This document shows, piece by piece, positions 48,305 to 58,040 of a stretch of DNA of 64,000 bases. The position numbers and the translations under genes were made by a program. The stretch's first letter is position 1; every line of letters starts with the position of its first letter. Source of the DNA: a virus (Duplodnaviria > Caudoviricetes); the IMG/VR virus record IMGVR_UViG_3300030708_003042, positions 759-64,758 of that record; one strand, given 5' to 3'. The notes under the pieces were generated by a model that was not told the DNA's origin, ran no database searches, and saw nothing but the letters and a program-made list of their open reading frames with translations.

Positions 48305-49184
48305 AGATGTGTTTGCTATAGATGTAAATACTCAATCAGAACCTGAGTATGTTTCTAACTTTGTTGTTGACTGGGCTTTCCACAGAAACGTTGCATACAC
48401 AGATAACTTTGAAAGCTATTCACGCCTGACAGGGTTTAATAAGCTTGAGATAAATCGACTCTCAGCACAAAGCAATAATAATGCTGCTAAGTTTGATTTT
48501 ATGAATGGTTGGGGAGATAACCTAGCAAATGATACTAATTATCGATCATGGATGTTCAAGCGTGCCCCTGGATTCCTTGATATTGTTTGTTACAACGGAA
48601 ATGGATCTAATAGAACTATTAATCACAACCTTGGAAAAGTACCTGAAATGATATGGGTCAAGAAAAGAGAATCATCAGGAGCCTGGGCTGTATATCATTC
48701 TGCCATTGGACCAACAAAATATCTTCAAGTGAACAGTCCTAACCAACCATCAACATATAATGGTGTATGGAATGATACTGCCCCAACAAGCACAGTTTTT
48801 TCACTTGGTTCTGATGGTTATGTTAATGGTGGTTCTAGTAATAAATATATCGCCTATCTCTTCTCCTCTTTACCTGGTATAAGTAAGGTTGGTAGTTACG
48901 CAGGAACTGGTAATAATATAGATGTTGACTGTGGTTTTGCTAGTGGTGCTAGATTTGTTCTGATTAAAGCAACTCATGACAACAGTACAGAGTGGTTCAC
49001 ATGGGATTCTGTTCGTGGAATTGTTGCTGGTAATGATCCTTATCTTCTCTTTAGTAGCAACGCAGCTCAAGTAACTAATACTGACTACATTGACCCTCTA
49101 AGCACTGGATTTACAGTTACCTCCAATGCTCCTGCTGCACTAAATGCCGTTGGAGGTGATTATATCTTCCTTGCTATTGCCTAA
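47211..49184 (+). CDS. Adhesin/tip protein, paralogue of 44399
   Basis: KKESPI..GFGGG tag; same tandem domain; ends YIFLAIA. Confidence 0.7.
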   Translation: MMKEHHKKESPIISLLGFGGGGTGTAFGGVAGGPKTYVDDVFAPYVYTGDNSVATQTFNTGLDMSGEGGMIWFKSRSNSQAARILDTVRGANESLIPHSDTDSGGLGADGLTFLSNGFSLGWTGGDLDAPNDYISWSFRKAPGFFDIVTWTGNGVDERLIPHNLGSTPGMIVVKCTSNNENWIVWHRNIATTSYLQLNTTNSLLTGIKPWGTNTQTINSTHFSVNNYGSVNSNGRTYVAYVFAHDDQQFGTGGNESIIECGQYTGSGSVGKTVNLGFEPQFVMVKSTQQSRPWVMIDTVRGMPRDGDGVRLLANDSAGDVTSASFLAPTPTGFEVTQQNTYVNTSGENYIYMAIRRPNKPPEAGTDVFAIDVNTQSEPEYVSNFVVDWAFHRNVAYTDNFESYSRLTGFNKLEINRLSAQSNNNAAKFDFMNGWGDNLANDTNYRSWMFKRAPGFLDIVCYNGNGSNRTINHNLGKVPEMIWVKKRESSGAWAVYHSAIGPTKYLQVNSPNQPSTYNGVWNDTAPTSTVFSLGSDGYVNGGSSNKYIAYLFSSLPGISKVGSYAGTGNNIDVDCGFASGARFVLIKATHDNSTEWFTWDSVRGIVAGNDPYLLFSSNAAQVTNTDYIDPLSTGFTVTSNAPAALNAVGGDYIFLAIA

Positions 49185-49208
49185 TATAAATAACTAAAAA
49201 GTCATAAG

Positions 49209-50309
49209 ATGTCAAGAGCACGCGACCTATCAAGACTTACTAACCCAGTAAATTTTACTATTGATTCAACCAATAATAGGATTGGTCTTAACAGTACAAG
49301 TCCTACAGCAAAATTAAATGTTGCTGGTATTGTTAGTGCTACTGAATTTTATGGTGATGGTTCTAATCTGGAAGGTGTAGCTAGTGCTGGACTTGGCACA
49401 GCATTAGGAGAAACTGACCCTCTTGCTGTTATATACTTTACTGATCAGCAATTAAATGTTAGTTCAAGCACACAAGTCACTGTCCCAGACAGTTCAGATG
49501 TAGCATATACACAATATTCTGAAATTGTTGTTGATGATAGCAATGATTTAATTATTAATGATGGTGATGATTTTGTACCTGATATTTTAGGTCTTTCAAC
49601 AACAGGAATGAGTGCGCCAGCAGGTGCAGGAAATGATGTTTTTAATACTGTATATGCAGACTTTATTGAGGATAGAGCAGGAAGAAGTGCTCCAACATTT
49701 AATCATGGTGCCAATGTAACTGGTGTTGTTACTGCAACAAAATTTGTTGGAGATGCCTCTGGTCTAACAGGAGATGGTTCTGGTCTAACCAATATTGTTG
49801 GCACTGGATCTGGTATAGTAGTTAAGAATAATGGGTCCTCTGTTGGTACTGCTGGCACAATTAACTTCAGCACAAACCTTGATGTTTCTGCAATTTCTGC
49901 TGGTGTAGTTACTGTAACTTCATCCAATAGTAGAACAAATGTATCTGGAACAACAGGATCTGTTGGAGCAGCTGCTACAACTAACTTAAATATTACAGCA
50001 TTTAAATCTTATGGGTTGTTGAAGGTAGGAATCAGTAGTGCTGCATGGGTCAGACTTTATGTTGATGCAGACTCAAGAACTTCAGATTCTACTAGATCTT
50101 ATCTGACAGATCCTGTACCAGGGTCTGGGTTGATTGCAGAGGTTCGCACTGAAACTGCTGGTGTAAGCACTTTCTCTATGACACCAGGAGTAATTGGATG
50201 GAATAATGACACCACACCTGCAACAACTGTCTATGCTGCAGTTACTAATAATGAATCATCTGCTGCAGCTATCACTGTCACATTAACTGTGGTTAAGATG
50301 GAGGATTAA
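49209..50309 (+). CDS. Fibre-like protein coupled to the subtilase
   Basis: MSRARDLS start, IGLNSTSPTAKL.V.G, F.GDGS.LT repeats; TAATG overlap with the next gene. Confidence 0.6.
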   Translation: MSRARDLSRLTNPVNFTIDSTNNRIGLNSTSPTAKLNVAGIVSATEFYGDGSNLEGVASAGLGTALGETDPLAVIYFTDQQLNVSSSTQVTVPDSSDVAYTQYSEIVVDDSNDLIINDGDDFVPDILGLSTTGMSAPAGAGNDVFNTVYADFIEDRAGRSAPTFNHGANVTGVVTATKFVGDASGLTGDGSGLTNIVGTGSGIVVKNNGSSVGTAGTINFSTNLDVSAISAGVVTVTSSNSRTNVSGTTGSVGAAATTNLNITAFKSYGLLKVGISSAAWVRLYVDADSRTSDSTRSYLTDPVPGSGLIAEVRTETAGVSTFSMTPGVIGWNNDTTPATTVYAAVTNNESSAAAITVTLTVVKMED

Positions 50310-51973
50310 TGAACGAATACATTGTAACTTGCAGATCTAGAGCAGACTTAGAGGATCTTTACAATGACATGGAGACTCCTGGAGGTTCTCTATACATTCC
50401 TGACAGAGAAGTTGAATTAGTTCACAGAAGAGCGATTAGTCGCAATACTCATTATATGCTGACTGAAGAAGAGGCAGCAGAAATTCGTAAGGATGAAAGA
50501 GTAATTGCTTGTGAACGTTTAGCAAAAGACAGAGGCATTGTTCCAGAATATTTTTGGACACAGACAGGTGACTTTGAAAAAACAACAGGAACTTTGCAGT
50601 CTGATGACAAGAATTGGGGACTATATAGAGTAATTGAAGGTGCTACAGTTTCTAACTGGGGGAGTGATAGTACCTCAGAGATATCAAATAGAACTATTAC
50701 TACTACAGCATCAGCAAAAAATGTTGATGTTGTAATTGTTGATTCTCACATCAATCCAAATCATCCAGAGTTTGCAGTCAATCCTGATGGAAGTGGTGGT
50801 AGTAGAGTGAATCAATTTAATTGGTTCTCGTATAATTCTGTATTGGGTTATGGATCTAATGGAACTTATACTTACAGCAGTTCTGGTGCTTCACCAAATA
50901 GTAATCATGGAACTCATGTAGCAGGAACAGTTGCAGGTAATACACAAGGATGGGCAAGAGATGCTAACATCTATAACATGGCTTTCAGTGATTCCTTGTC
51001 TGGTGTGACTGATTGGGATGAAAAGTTATGGGATTATCTTCGTCACTTTCATAAGAATAAAGCAATAAACTCTGCTACTGGAAGAAGAAATCCAACAATC
51101 ACTAATCATAGTTGGGGATATTCCTATAGTAATATCAATCTTTCAACACTGACCTCAGTTAGATATAGAGGAACAGTAACTAGTCTTAGTGGGACAGATT
51201 CTCAGAAGAAAACTGTTTTGGAAGATAATGGTGTTCCAGTTCCTGCTAACACTTATCTTTATAAAACTCCTGCTAGAGTCGCTTCAGTAGATGCTGATAT
51301 CCAGGATGCTATTGCTGATGGTGTGATTGTTATTTCATCTGCTGGAAACAGTTATTGGAACTGTGACACTTCAAGTGGTAATGACTATGATAATTACACA
51401 TCTGGTTCTGGTGGAACTGTGTATCATTCAAGAGGTTCAACACCAGGTTCATCTGATAATGTTATTTGTGTAGGATCTATTGGTTCTAAAGTTGCTGAAT
51501 ACAAATCAAACTTTAGTAATTGGGGTGAACGTGTAGATATCTGGGCACCTGGTAGTGATATTATTTCTGCTGTTTATGATCAGTCAAGTGCTAACTCTGC
51601 TGGTTATGGTTCTTTACCACAAGATCCTAGAAATAGTTCTTATTACTTAGCATCAATCAGTGGAACAAGTATGGCATCTCCTCAGGTTTGTGGAGTTATT
51701 GCTTGTCTTGCAGAATCTGAACCAAATATAACTCAAGCACAAGTGCGTGAATATTTTTCTGAAAATTATTTCTTACAAGATATTGGAACTACTGGAACCA
51801 TAAATCACAGCAGTTATGAGGCACTGGGGGATAGTGCTAATAAATATCTTTTCTATTTTCAAAAGAGAAAACAAACAGGATCTCTTCAGCAAACTATTGT
51901 TGGACCCAGAAACAATAATACTTCTGGAGTAAAATATCCAAGGACAAATAGGATGGTAACAAATCGCCAATAA
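50309..51973 (+). CDS. Subtilisin-family (S8) serine protease with N-terminal prodomain
   Basis: Catalytic triad motifs VDVVIVDS, NHGTHVAGT, SGTSMASPQV; also SAGNS and SNWG..VDIWAPG. Confidence 0.9.
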   Translation: MNEYIVTCRSRADLEDLYNDMETPGGSLYIPDREVELVHRRAISRNTHYMLTEEEAAEIRKDERVIACERLAKDRGIVPEYFWTQTGDFEKTTGTLQSDDKNWGLYRVIEGATVSNWGSDSTSEISNRTITTTASAKNVDVVIVDSHINPNHPEFAVNPDGSGGSRVNQFNWFSYNSVLGYGSNGTYTYSSSGASPNSNHGTHVAGTVAGNTQGWARDANIYNMAFSDSLSGVTDWDEKLWDYLRHFHKNKAINSATGRRNPTITNHSWGYSYSNINLSTLTSVRYRGTVTSLSGTDSQKKTVLEDNGVPVPANTYLYKTPARVASVDADIQDAIADGVIVISSAGNSYWNCDTSSGNDYDNYTSGSGGTVYHSRGSTPGSSDNVICVGSIGSKVAEYKSNFSNWGERVDIWAPGSDIISAVYDQSSANSAGYGSLPQDPRNSSYYLASISGTSMASPQVCGVIACLAESEPNITQAQVREYFSENYFLQDIGTTGTINHSSYEALGDSANKYLFYFQKRKQTGSLQQTIVGPRNNNTSGVKYPRTNRMVTNRQ

Positions 51974-52038
51974 ATTATTAGTGGTGAACTACTTATTCCT
52001 TGCTATTGCTTGATATAAATAACTAAAAAGAAGTCAAG

Positions 52039-53712
52039 ATGTCACAGATTAATGTTGACAATATAAAAGGAAGAACAGGGGGTGCTGTATCAGCACCTGC
52101 TGGTATTGTTGTGACTGGTGTTGGTACATTCACTGGTAATGTTTCAATTGCAGGAACATTAACTTATGAAGATGTAACTAATGTAGACTCTGTTGGTATC
52201 ATCACAGCAAGAAATGGTATCAATGTAGCTGGTGGCACTATAACTGGTGATGGTTCTGGATTAACTGGTGTTGCACCATCATTTAGTGGTATTGCATCTG
52301 GGTCTTTATCTAATGGACAAACAGTAATTATTACACATGATGGTAAAGTAACAGGTATCACACGCACTGACCTACCTACACCAGAAGAAGGGCAAATTGC
52401 TACTTTTGAATCTGGATCAACTAGTGGTGCTTCCATGCAAGGTGTGTATGATCCTGATACTGGAAGAGTTATAGTTGTATATTGTGATGCTGATGCTTCT
52501 AATGCTGGAAAGGCAGCTGCAGGATTAGTATCTTCTGATGGATCAATAACATTTGGATCTGAAGCAACTTGGCACTCAGGAGCTACTGAAAATGTTGGAG
52601 TAGCATATGATACTGCAAATGATAGGATAGTTGTTTGTGGTAGAGATAATGGTGCTGCTAATGCAATTTATAATGTTGGTTCACTAGTTGGTAGCACTAT
52701 TACATTTGGATCATATGGAGATTTATCAACTGATGGTTGTAGAGAAGTTAAAGTAGCATATGACACTAATGCAGATAGAGTTCTCTTCATTTATCAAGTA
52801 GGAACTGGAAGCGCGGGAAAATGCCGTGCAGGTGAAGTTTCAGGACTCACAGTATCTTTAGGAGCTGAAGCTACATTTGAGTCAGGTGCTATTCTCGCCA
52901 ATATGAATTCAGTTACATATCATGCTGCTGCTCAAAAAAATGTCATTACATATACAATGGGATCTGGAGGAAGTTATGATGGACGTGCTAAAGTAGCAAC
53001 AATTGATCCTAGTGATAATTCTGTTACTTTTGGAACACATGGAACATTCCACTCAGCATCAAATGTAACTGATTGTGATTCAGTTTATGATCCAGATAGT
53101 GAAAGAATAGTAATACATTTTATAGCTGATAATGTAATTAATGCCATTGTTGGAGAAGTAACTGGAACTAATATAACTTTTGGTTCTAAAATAGTAGCTT
53201 ATAACACTCAGGCATATAATTTAGATTCAACTTATGATACAACTAATGATAAAGTTGTTCTCATGTGTAGAAATGCTAGTGACGGCAGAGCTCAAATGCT
53301 TGTAGGAAATGTAAATAATTCAGATAATTCTATTAGTATTGCTTCTACTACTCAGATTCACAGTGGATCTGCTACCAGAATTGGCGGTACATTTGATTCC
53401 AATACTGGTCATGTGGTATTTTTCTTTAATGATGGTGATGATGGTCAGAAAGGAAAAGCTAAAACATATAAAACAATTACTGCTACTACTAATTTGACAG
53501 ATGGAAACTTTCTTGGTTTCTCTAATGCTGCATATAATGATGGTCAAACTGCAAAGATTCAAGTTGTAGGTGCTATTGATGATGCTCAAACTGGTTTGAC
53601 AACTGGTGCAAAGCATTATGTTCAGAAAAATGGATCATTAGCAACCAATGCAGACTCTCCAAATGTTGAGGCAGGTACTGCACTTTCTGCCACCCAGATT
53701 CTGATCAGGTAA
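52039..53712 (+). CDS. Fibre with 7-repeat beta-propeller head, paralogue D
   Basis: TLTYEDVTNVDSVG stalk, seven diverged repeats, conserved TNLT...GLTTG..YVQ..GSL C-terminus. Confidence 0.75.
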   Translation: MSQINVDNIKGRTGGAVSAPAGIVVTGVGTFTGNVSIAGTLTYEDVTNVDSVGIITARNGINVAGGTITGDGSGLTGVAPSFSGIASGSLSNGQTVIITHDGKVTGITRTDLPTPEEGQIATFESGSTSGASMQGVYDPDTGRVIVVYCDADASNAGKAAAGLVSSDGSITFGSEATWHSGATENVGVAYDTANDRIVVCGRDNGAANAIYNVGSLVGSTITFGSYGDLSTDGCREVKVAYDTNADRVLFIYQVGTGSAGKCRAGEVSGLTVSLGAEATFESGAILANMNSVTYHAAAQKNVITYTMGSGGSYDGRAKVATIDPSDNSVTFGTHGTFHSASNVTDCDSVYDPDSERIVIHFIADNVINAIVGEVTGTNITFGSKIVAYNTQAYNLDSTYDTTNDKVVLMCRNASDGRAQMLVGNVNNSDNSISIASTTQIHSGSATRIGGTFDSNTGHVVFFFNDGDDGQKGKAKTYKTITATTNLTDGNFLGFSNAAYNDGQTAKIQVVGAIDDAQTGLTTGAKHYVQKNGSLATNADSPNVEAGTALSATQILIR

Positions 53713-53745
53713 TAGTTCAAACATATAAACTAAAAAGTCATAGTC

Positions 53746-53808
53746 ATGACCAGAGCAGTAAATCTTGCCAATTTAGCAGACACAACTATTCTTGCAAAGG
53801 ATAATTGA
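53746..53808 (+). pseudogene. Truncated copy of the start of gene 58041 (MTRAVNLANLADTTILAKDN*)
   Basis: 53 bp identical to 58023-58075; the late box is mutated; the stop overlaps a sigma70 -35 box. Confidence 0.75.
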
Positions 53809-53833
53809 CAGTCTGTATAATCTGATATATACT
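53805..53833 (+). promoter_or_regulatory. Sigma70-like promoter TTGACA-17-TATACT for the oxygenase pair
   Basis: Near-consensus boxes with 17 bp spacing. Confidence 0.8.
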
Positions 53834-53856
53834 AGACTTGAACACATTATAAGTGT

Positions 53857-54477
53857 ATGGCATTTCAATCAATTTGGTATTATACTGACCTGCCTGAAGA
53901 CATTGTAGATATCATTGAGAGGGATGTATCTGAAACTTTTGATGAGCAGATGGCAGATTCTAAACTGCATGGTGATGCTCTGAATAAAGAAAAGCGTAAC
54001 TCGCAAAACGCTTGGATTCCTACAAACCATTGGCTTGGTGGTTTCCTGTGGCACTATATTATGCGTGCTAACCGTGAGAACTTCCTTTATGATCTTCGGT
54101 GTATTGATGGAGAATCAATGCAGTACACCAGATATGGTGAAGGTCAGTTCTATGGATGGCATAACGACGCAGGACTTGCTACACAATATAAACCAGTAGC
54201 TGTTGGTAATCGTGCTGAGGGTCTGGGGCATGACTTTGTGAATGAGAATATTGAGATGGTTCGTAAACTGTCTTTTGCAATGCAACTCTCTCATCCTGAT
54301 GATTATGAGGGTGGTAATGTGCAACTACTAGATGAAGCAGGAAAAAGCTATATTGTTCCAAGAAGACGTGGTACAATTGTCTTATTTGATTCAAGAACTC
54401 AACATAGGGTTCATAAAGTTAGAAAAGGTATAAGAAAATCAATTGTTGGTTGGTGTGTTGGTCCACGTTGGAAGTGA
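53857..54477 (+). CDS. 2OG-Fe(II) oxygenase (prolyl-4-hydroxylase-like)
   Basis: QYTRY..G.FYGWHND, RKLSF..QLS..DYEGG, HRV..V..G.RKS.VGW motifs. Confidence 0.88.
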   Translation: MAFQSIWYYTDLPEDIVDIIERDVSETFDEQMADSKLHGDALNKEKRNSQNAWIPTNHWLGGFLWHYIMRANRENFLYDLRCIDGESMQYTRYGEGQFYGWHNDAGLATQYKPVAVGNRAEGLGHDFVNENIEMVRKLSFAMQLSHPDDYEGGNVQLLDEAGKSYIVPRRRGTIVLFDSRTQHRVHKVRKGIRKSIVGWCVGPRWK

Positions 54478-54483
54478 GGTAAT

Positions 54484-55200
54484 ATGGCAGAACTAATGAC
54501 AGAAGAGCAAGTAAATTTTACTGAAAGAAACAATACTGGAACCTCATGGACTCTTAATGATAGTTTTGAAAAGAATGGTTACCTTGTTGTAAAAAACTTA
54601 TATGACCCAGATAAATTGTACCATCCTGTTCCTGAAAAGAAAGGTCAATACAATTACTATGGAAAAAATCTAGACAAATTTAATTATAGAGAAGTAGAAA
54701 ATCAAGTAGAGGGTTCCACTTCAAGATATTGGCATCCACAATATCGTCAAGCACACACTGATATTAGACTTAAACTTGAAAAAGTATTAGGTCGTAAGTT
54801 ATATAATACTTATTATTATGATAGGTTCTATTATCCTGGACAAGAACTGACTCGCCATGCTGATCGTGATGCATGTGAAATTTCAGTGACTGTTCATATA
54901 AGCACAAATTTAGAAGATGAGGAAAAAGATTGGCCTATCTGGATAAAAACTCCTGATACCTATTCTGACAATAAAAAGACATCAATTGTTGTTAATGGTG
55001 AAAATCGTTCAGTAATTTTGCAACCTGGTGATGGAATGATCTACAAGGGATGTGAGCGTCCACATTGGAGAGATCCAATGCCTGGCAAGAAAAAGAGTGT
55101 ATTTGGTAAAAGTGTAGAAACTTATTATCATCAGATCTTCTTTCACTATGTTTTACAGGATGGACATAGGGCACATTGTGCATGGGATGCATCAAAATAA
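54484..55200 (+). CDS. 2OG-Fe(II) oxygenase-like protein
   Basis: Y..GQEL.RHADRDACEISVT, LQPGD..IYKGC...HWR, Q.FFHY motifs. Confidence 0.75.
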   Translation: MAELMTEEQVNFTERNNTGTSWTLNDSFEKNGYLVVKNLYDPDKLYHPVPEKKGQYNYYGKNLDKFNYREVENQVEGSTSRYWHPQYRQAHTDIRLKLEKVLGRKLYNTYYYDRFYYPGQELTRHADRDACEISVTVHISTNLEDEEKDWPIWIKTPDTYSDNKKTSIVVNGENRSVILQPGDGMIYKGCERPHWRDPMPGKKKSVFGKSVETYYHQIFFHYVLQDGHRAHCAWDASK

Positions 55201-55246
55201 TTCTTGATAATCAACATGTCTAAATAACTAGAAAGATTCTAGAAGG

Positions 55247-55957
55247 ATGTCCAGAATTAGAGCTGATAGAATTGTTGATAGGGCAGCCACTGGTGCTCCA
55301 CTGTTCCCTAATGGTGCAGTTATAACTGGTGTAGCAACTGCAACCACTTTTGATGGTGCATTGAGTGGTAATGCCACATCTGCAACCACTGCAACCACTG
55401 CAACAAATGCGCAGGGATTGACAGGTAATCCTAATATATCTGTTGGAACTATCACAGCAAGTGGTAATGTATCAGTTGGTGGTACATTGACCTATGATGA
55501 TGTCACTAATATTGACTCTGTTGGTATTGTCACTGCAAGATCTGGTGCTGACCTTCAAGGATTTAAGGTTGAGGAAGGAAAACAAGATGGTTCTACAAGT
55601 TTAAATGGAGAATTTGATTTTCTCTTAGAGAATGGTCATGTACAAAGATTCTCTGCAGCTACTGGTGGAAACTACTTCCCTGATTTTAAGGTAAGTGGTT
55701 CAAAATCATTGAGTTCAATTATGGATGTTGGTGATGCTGTATCTGTAATGTTGATAGTTGCTTCATCATCACATTATTGCACTACAGGAATCAAAATTGA
55801 TAATAGTACATCAAACTTAGATATTGATTGGGTTGGTGGTGCTGCACCTTCTGCTGCTAATGGATCAGGATTTGATATCTACTCATTTACTATTATTAAA
55901 ACAGCATCTACACCTGCTTATCACATCATTGGTAATGCAGTTGGTGTGGCAGGTTGA
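55247..55957 (+). CDS. Fibre stalk/adapter protein (pair with 55970)
   Basis: TLTYDDVTNIDSVG; DWVGGAAP...SGFDIYSFTIIK; late box at 55221. Confidence 0.7.
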   Translation: MSRIRADRIVDRAATGAPLFPNGAVITGVATATTFDGALSGNATSATTATTATNAQGLTGNPNISVGTITASGNVSVGGTLTYDDVTNIDSVGIVTARSGADLQGFKVEEGKQDGSTSLNGEFDFLLENGHVQRFSAATGGNYFPDFKVSGSKSLSSIMDVGDAVSVMLIVASSSHYCTTGIKIDNSTSNLDIDWVGGAAPSAANGSGFDIYSFTIIKTASTPAYHIIGNAVGVAG

Positions 55958-55969
55958 TAGGGAGGTAAT

Positions 55970-58006
55970 ATGAAAGAATTTCATAAAAAAGAGGCACCAA
56001 TCGTAGGATATGCTGGTTTTGGTGGTGGAACTTCCTTCCTTGCAAAACCAGCAGGTGGAGCAGTAGTAGACATCTCTGAACACTTTAAGTCTTTGAGAAG
56101 AACTGTAACTAGCGATGAAGACAATAATCATTACAGTGGTTTATGGGATTCAGGATTGGCTATTGGTGAATTTGTAACAGGTGAAGTAGTTTTTGATGTA
56201 CCAGGCACTTATACTTGGACTGTTCCAAATGGTGTTTCTGTAATCACAGTTGTAACTGTTGGAGGTGGTGGAGCTGGACAGGGGTATTCTGGAGGAGGTG
56301 GAGGTGGTGCATTAGCATATGGTAATAACATTTCTGTAACTGCAGGACAAAATATTACTGTGGTGGTTGGTCATGGTGGACAGAATGCACCTAGTCCTGG
56401 AACTGCTCCCTGGGTAGAGACTCCTGGTGGGGTATCATATGTACTAACTCCACCAGGAGCTTATGCAGCAAGAGCAGGTGGAGGTAGTGGTGGAAACAGA
56501 ACTAACATGGGTCCACCGTTTGCAGGATCAGGTGGAGCAGGTGGAACTGTTCTAAATGGTGGTGGTGGATCTGGTGGATCTGGTGGCAATATGCCTAACC
56601 GTGGAAGTGGATATGCTACTGCTGGAGGCGGTGGTGCTGGTGGATATTCTGGCAATGGTGGAAACGGTGGTAGTGCTGGTAATGGATATGCTAATTCAGG
56701 TTCAAGCGGAAGTGGAGGAGGTGCTGGAGGTGGTTCTGGTTCATGGGACGCACCTCCTAACAGAGGTGCTGCTGGTGGTGGTGAAGGTGGAGGAGTTGGT
56801 ATATATGGTCAAGGTCCTAATGGAGCAGGTGGTCCCAACGCCAATGCTACAAACGGATCAACAGAGCAACCTGGCGTAGGTGGTGGTGGTGGATCTGGTG
56901 GCACGGATGGTGGTGACAGTTTTGGTCATGACGCTGCTGGTTTATATGGTGGTGGTGGAGCTAATGGATATGTTGGAGGTATGAGTGGTGCAGTAAGAAT
57001 TATTTGGCCTGGCAATACTAGATCATTCCCTTCAACTTCAGTAACCAAAGGTTCATATGATTCTTCTTATGAAAATGTCAATGATTATTTTATTATGGCA
57101 AAAATACAAGGATTGAGTGCTGGAAGATTTATTACTGGACTTAATGGAAATGGATCTACTGATGAATATACAAGTGTTGGAAATAATAATATAAGCAATA
57201 CACAAGGCACAAGCAACAATGAATATACATATAACAGGGGTCGTAGACCTATAAGAGAAGGAAAAGTTGGTTGGAATAAAATCACTGGTACCAGAAATAC
57301 TGGTTATAGTGAAGTGGTTCATTTCTTTAAAAAAGGTGATGGATTTTTTAATATGTTTTCATACACTGGTAATGGAAATAACACTCGTGACATTACACAT
57401 GGACTATCATCAAAACCTGGATTTATATTAATACTTCCATATACTGAATCTGCTCCTGCTTGTTGGAGATCATATGATGCAGATAATTCAAATGAATCAT
57501 TTGGTACTCTCAGTAAAACAATACAAAATGATACATCTCATAGTCAACTCTCATATGGTTATATTAGTGCAAGTAGCACCTCATCATTCACTGTAACAAA
57601 TGGAAGTGATGGATCAAATCCAACTAAAGCAGTAAATAAAAACAGCAACAGATATGATGTCATAGTATTTGAGAACAGTTCAATCTGTAAAACAGGTTAC
57701 TACACTGGAACTGGATCTGATCAAACTATATCAACAGGTTTTGATAATGGTATTCAATTTTTCATGTATAAGAGATTGAACTCTGATTCTGACCCTGGAG
57801 GAGAATGGATGTATATCACTGGAGATTTAAAAACATCTGGTAATAACTATGGTGAAAAGGTTAGAGGTGCAAATGTACAAGAAACTAAAAACATGATTGA
57901 AAGTTCAGGTAGTAACCTGACTCTTAAGACTAATGGGTCAACTATTGATTATAATATGAATGGTGGTCAATATGTTTTCTTAGCAGTTGCTGCTCCTTCC
58001 TCATAA
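55970..58006 (+). CDS. Adhesin with a glycine-rich domain plus the shared adhesin domain
   Basis: KKEAPI..GFGGG tag; long GGxG/GGGG region; C-half resembles 44399 and 47211; ends YVFLAVA. Confidence 0.7.
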   Translation: MKEFHKKEAPIVGYAGFGGGTSFLAKPAGGAVVDISEHFKSLRRTVTSDEDNNHYSGLWDSGLAIGEFVTGEVVFDVPGTYTWTVPNGVSVITVVTVGGGGAGQGYSGGGGGGALAYGNNISVTAGQNITVVVGHGGQNAPSPGTAPWVETPGGVSYVLTPPGAYAARAGGGSGGNRTNMGPPFAGSGGAGGTVLNGGGGSGGSGGNMPNRGSGYATAGGGGAGGYSGNGGNGGSAGNGYANSGSSGSGGGAGGGSGSWDAPPNRGAAGGGEGGGVGIYGQGPNGAGGPNANATNGSTEQPGVGGGGGSGGTDGGDSFGHDAAGLYGGGGANGYVGGMSGAVRIIWPGNTRSFPSTSVTKGSYDSSYENVNDYFIMAKIQGLSAGRFITGLNGNGSTDEYTSVGNNNISNTQGTSNNEYTYNRGRRPIREGKVGWNKITGTRNTGYSEVVHFFKKGDGFFNMFSYTGNGNNTRDITHGLSSKPGFILILPYTESAPACWRSYDADNSNESFGTLSKTIQNDTSHSQLSYGYISASSTSSFTVTNGSDGSNPTKAVNKNSNRYDVIVFENSSICKTGYYTGTGSDQTISTGFDNGIQFFMYKRLNSDSDPGGEWMYITGDLKTSGNNYGEKVRGANVQETKNMIESSGSNLTLKTNGSTIDYNMNGGQYVFLAVAAPSS

Positions 58007-58040
58007 CTTTATTGCCCTAAATAACTAAAAAGTCATAGTC

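Larger units (their letters stand above)
49167..52030 (+). repeat. 35 bp direct repeats (33/35) flanking the fibre plus subtilase cassette (49167-49201, 51996-52030)
   Basis: TTCCTTGCTATTGCYTRATATAAATAACTAAAAAG. Confidence 0.85.

Noticed and set aside
38194-49184. Diversity-generating retroelement (template/variable repeat pairs)
   Set aside because: No reverse transcriptase in the window; the repeats lie in coding frames of paralogues and their differences are not adenine-specific
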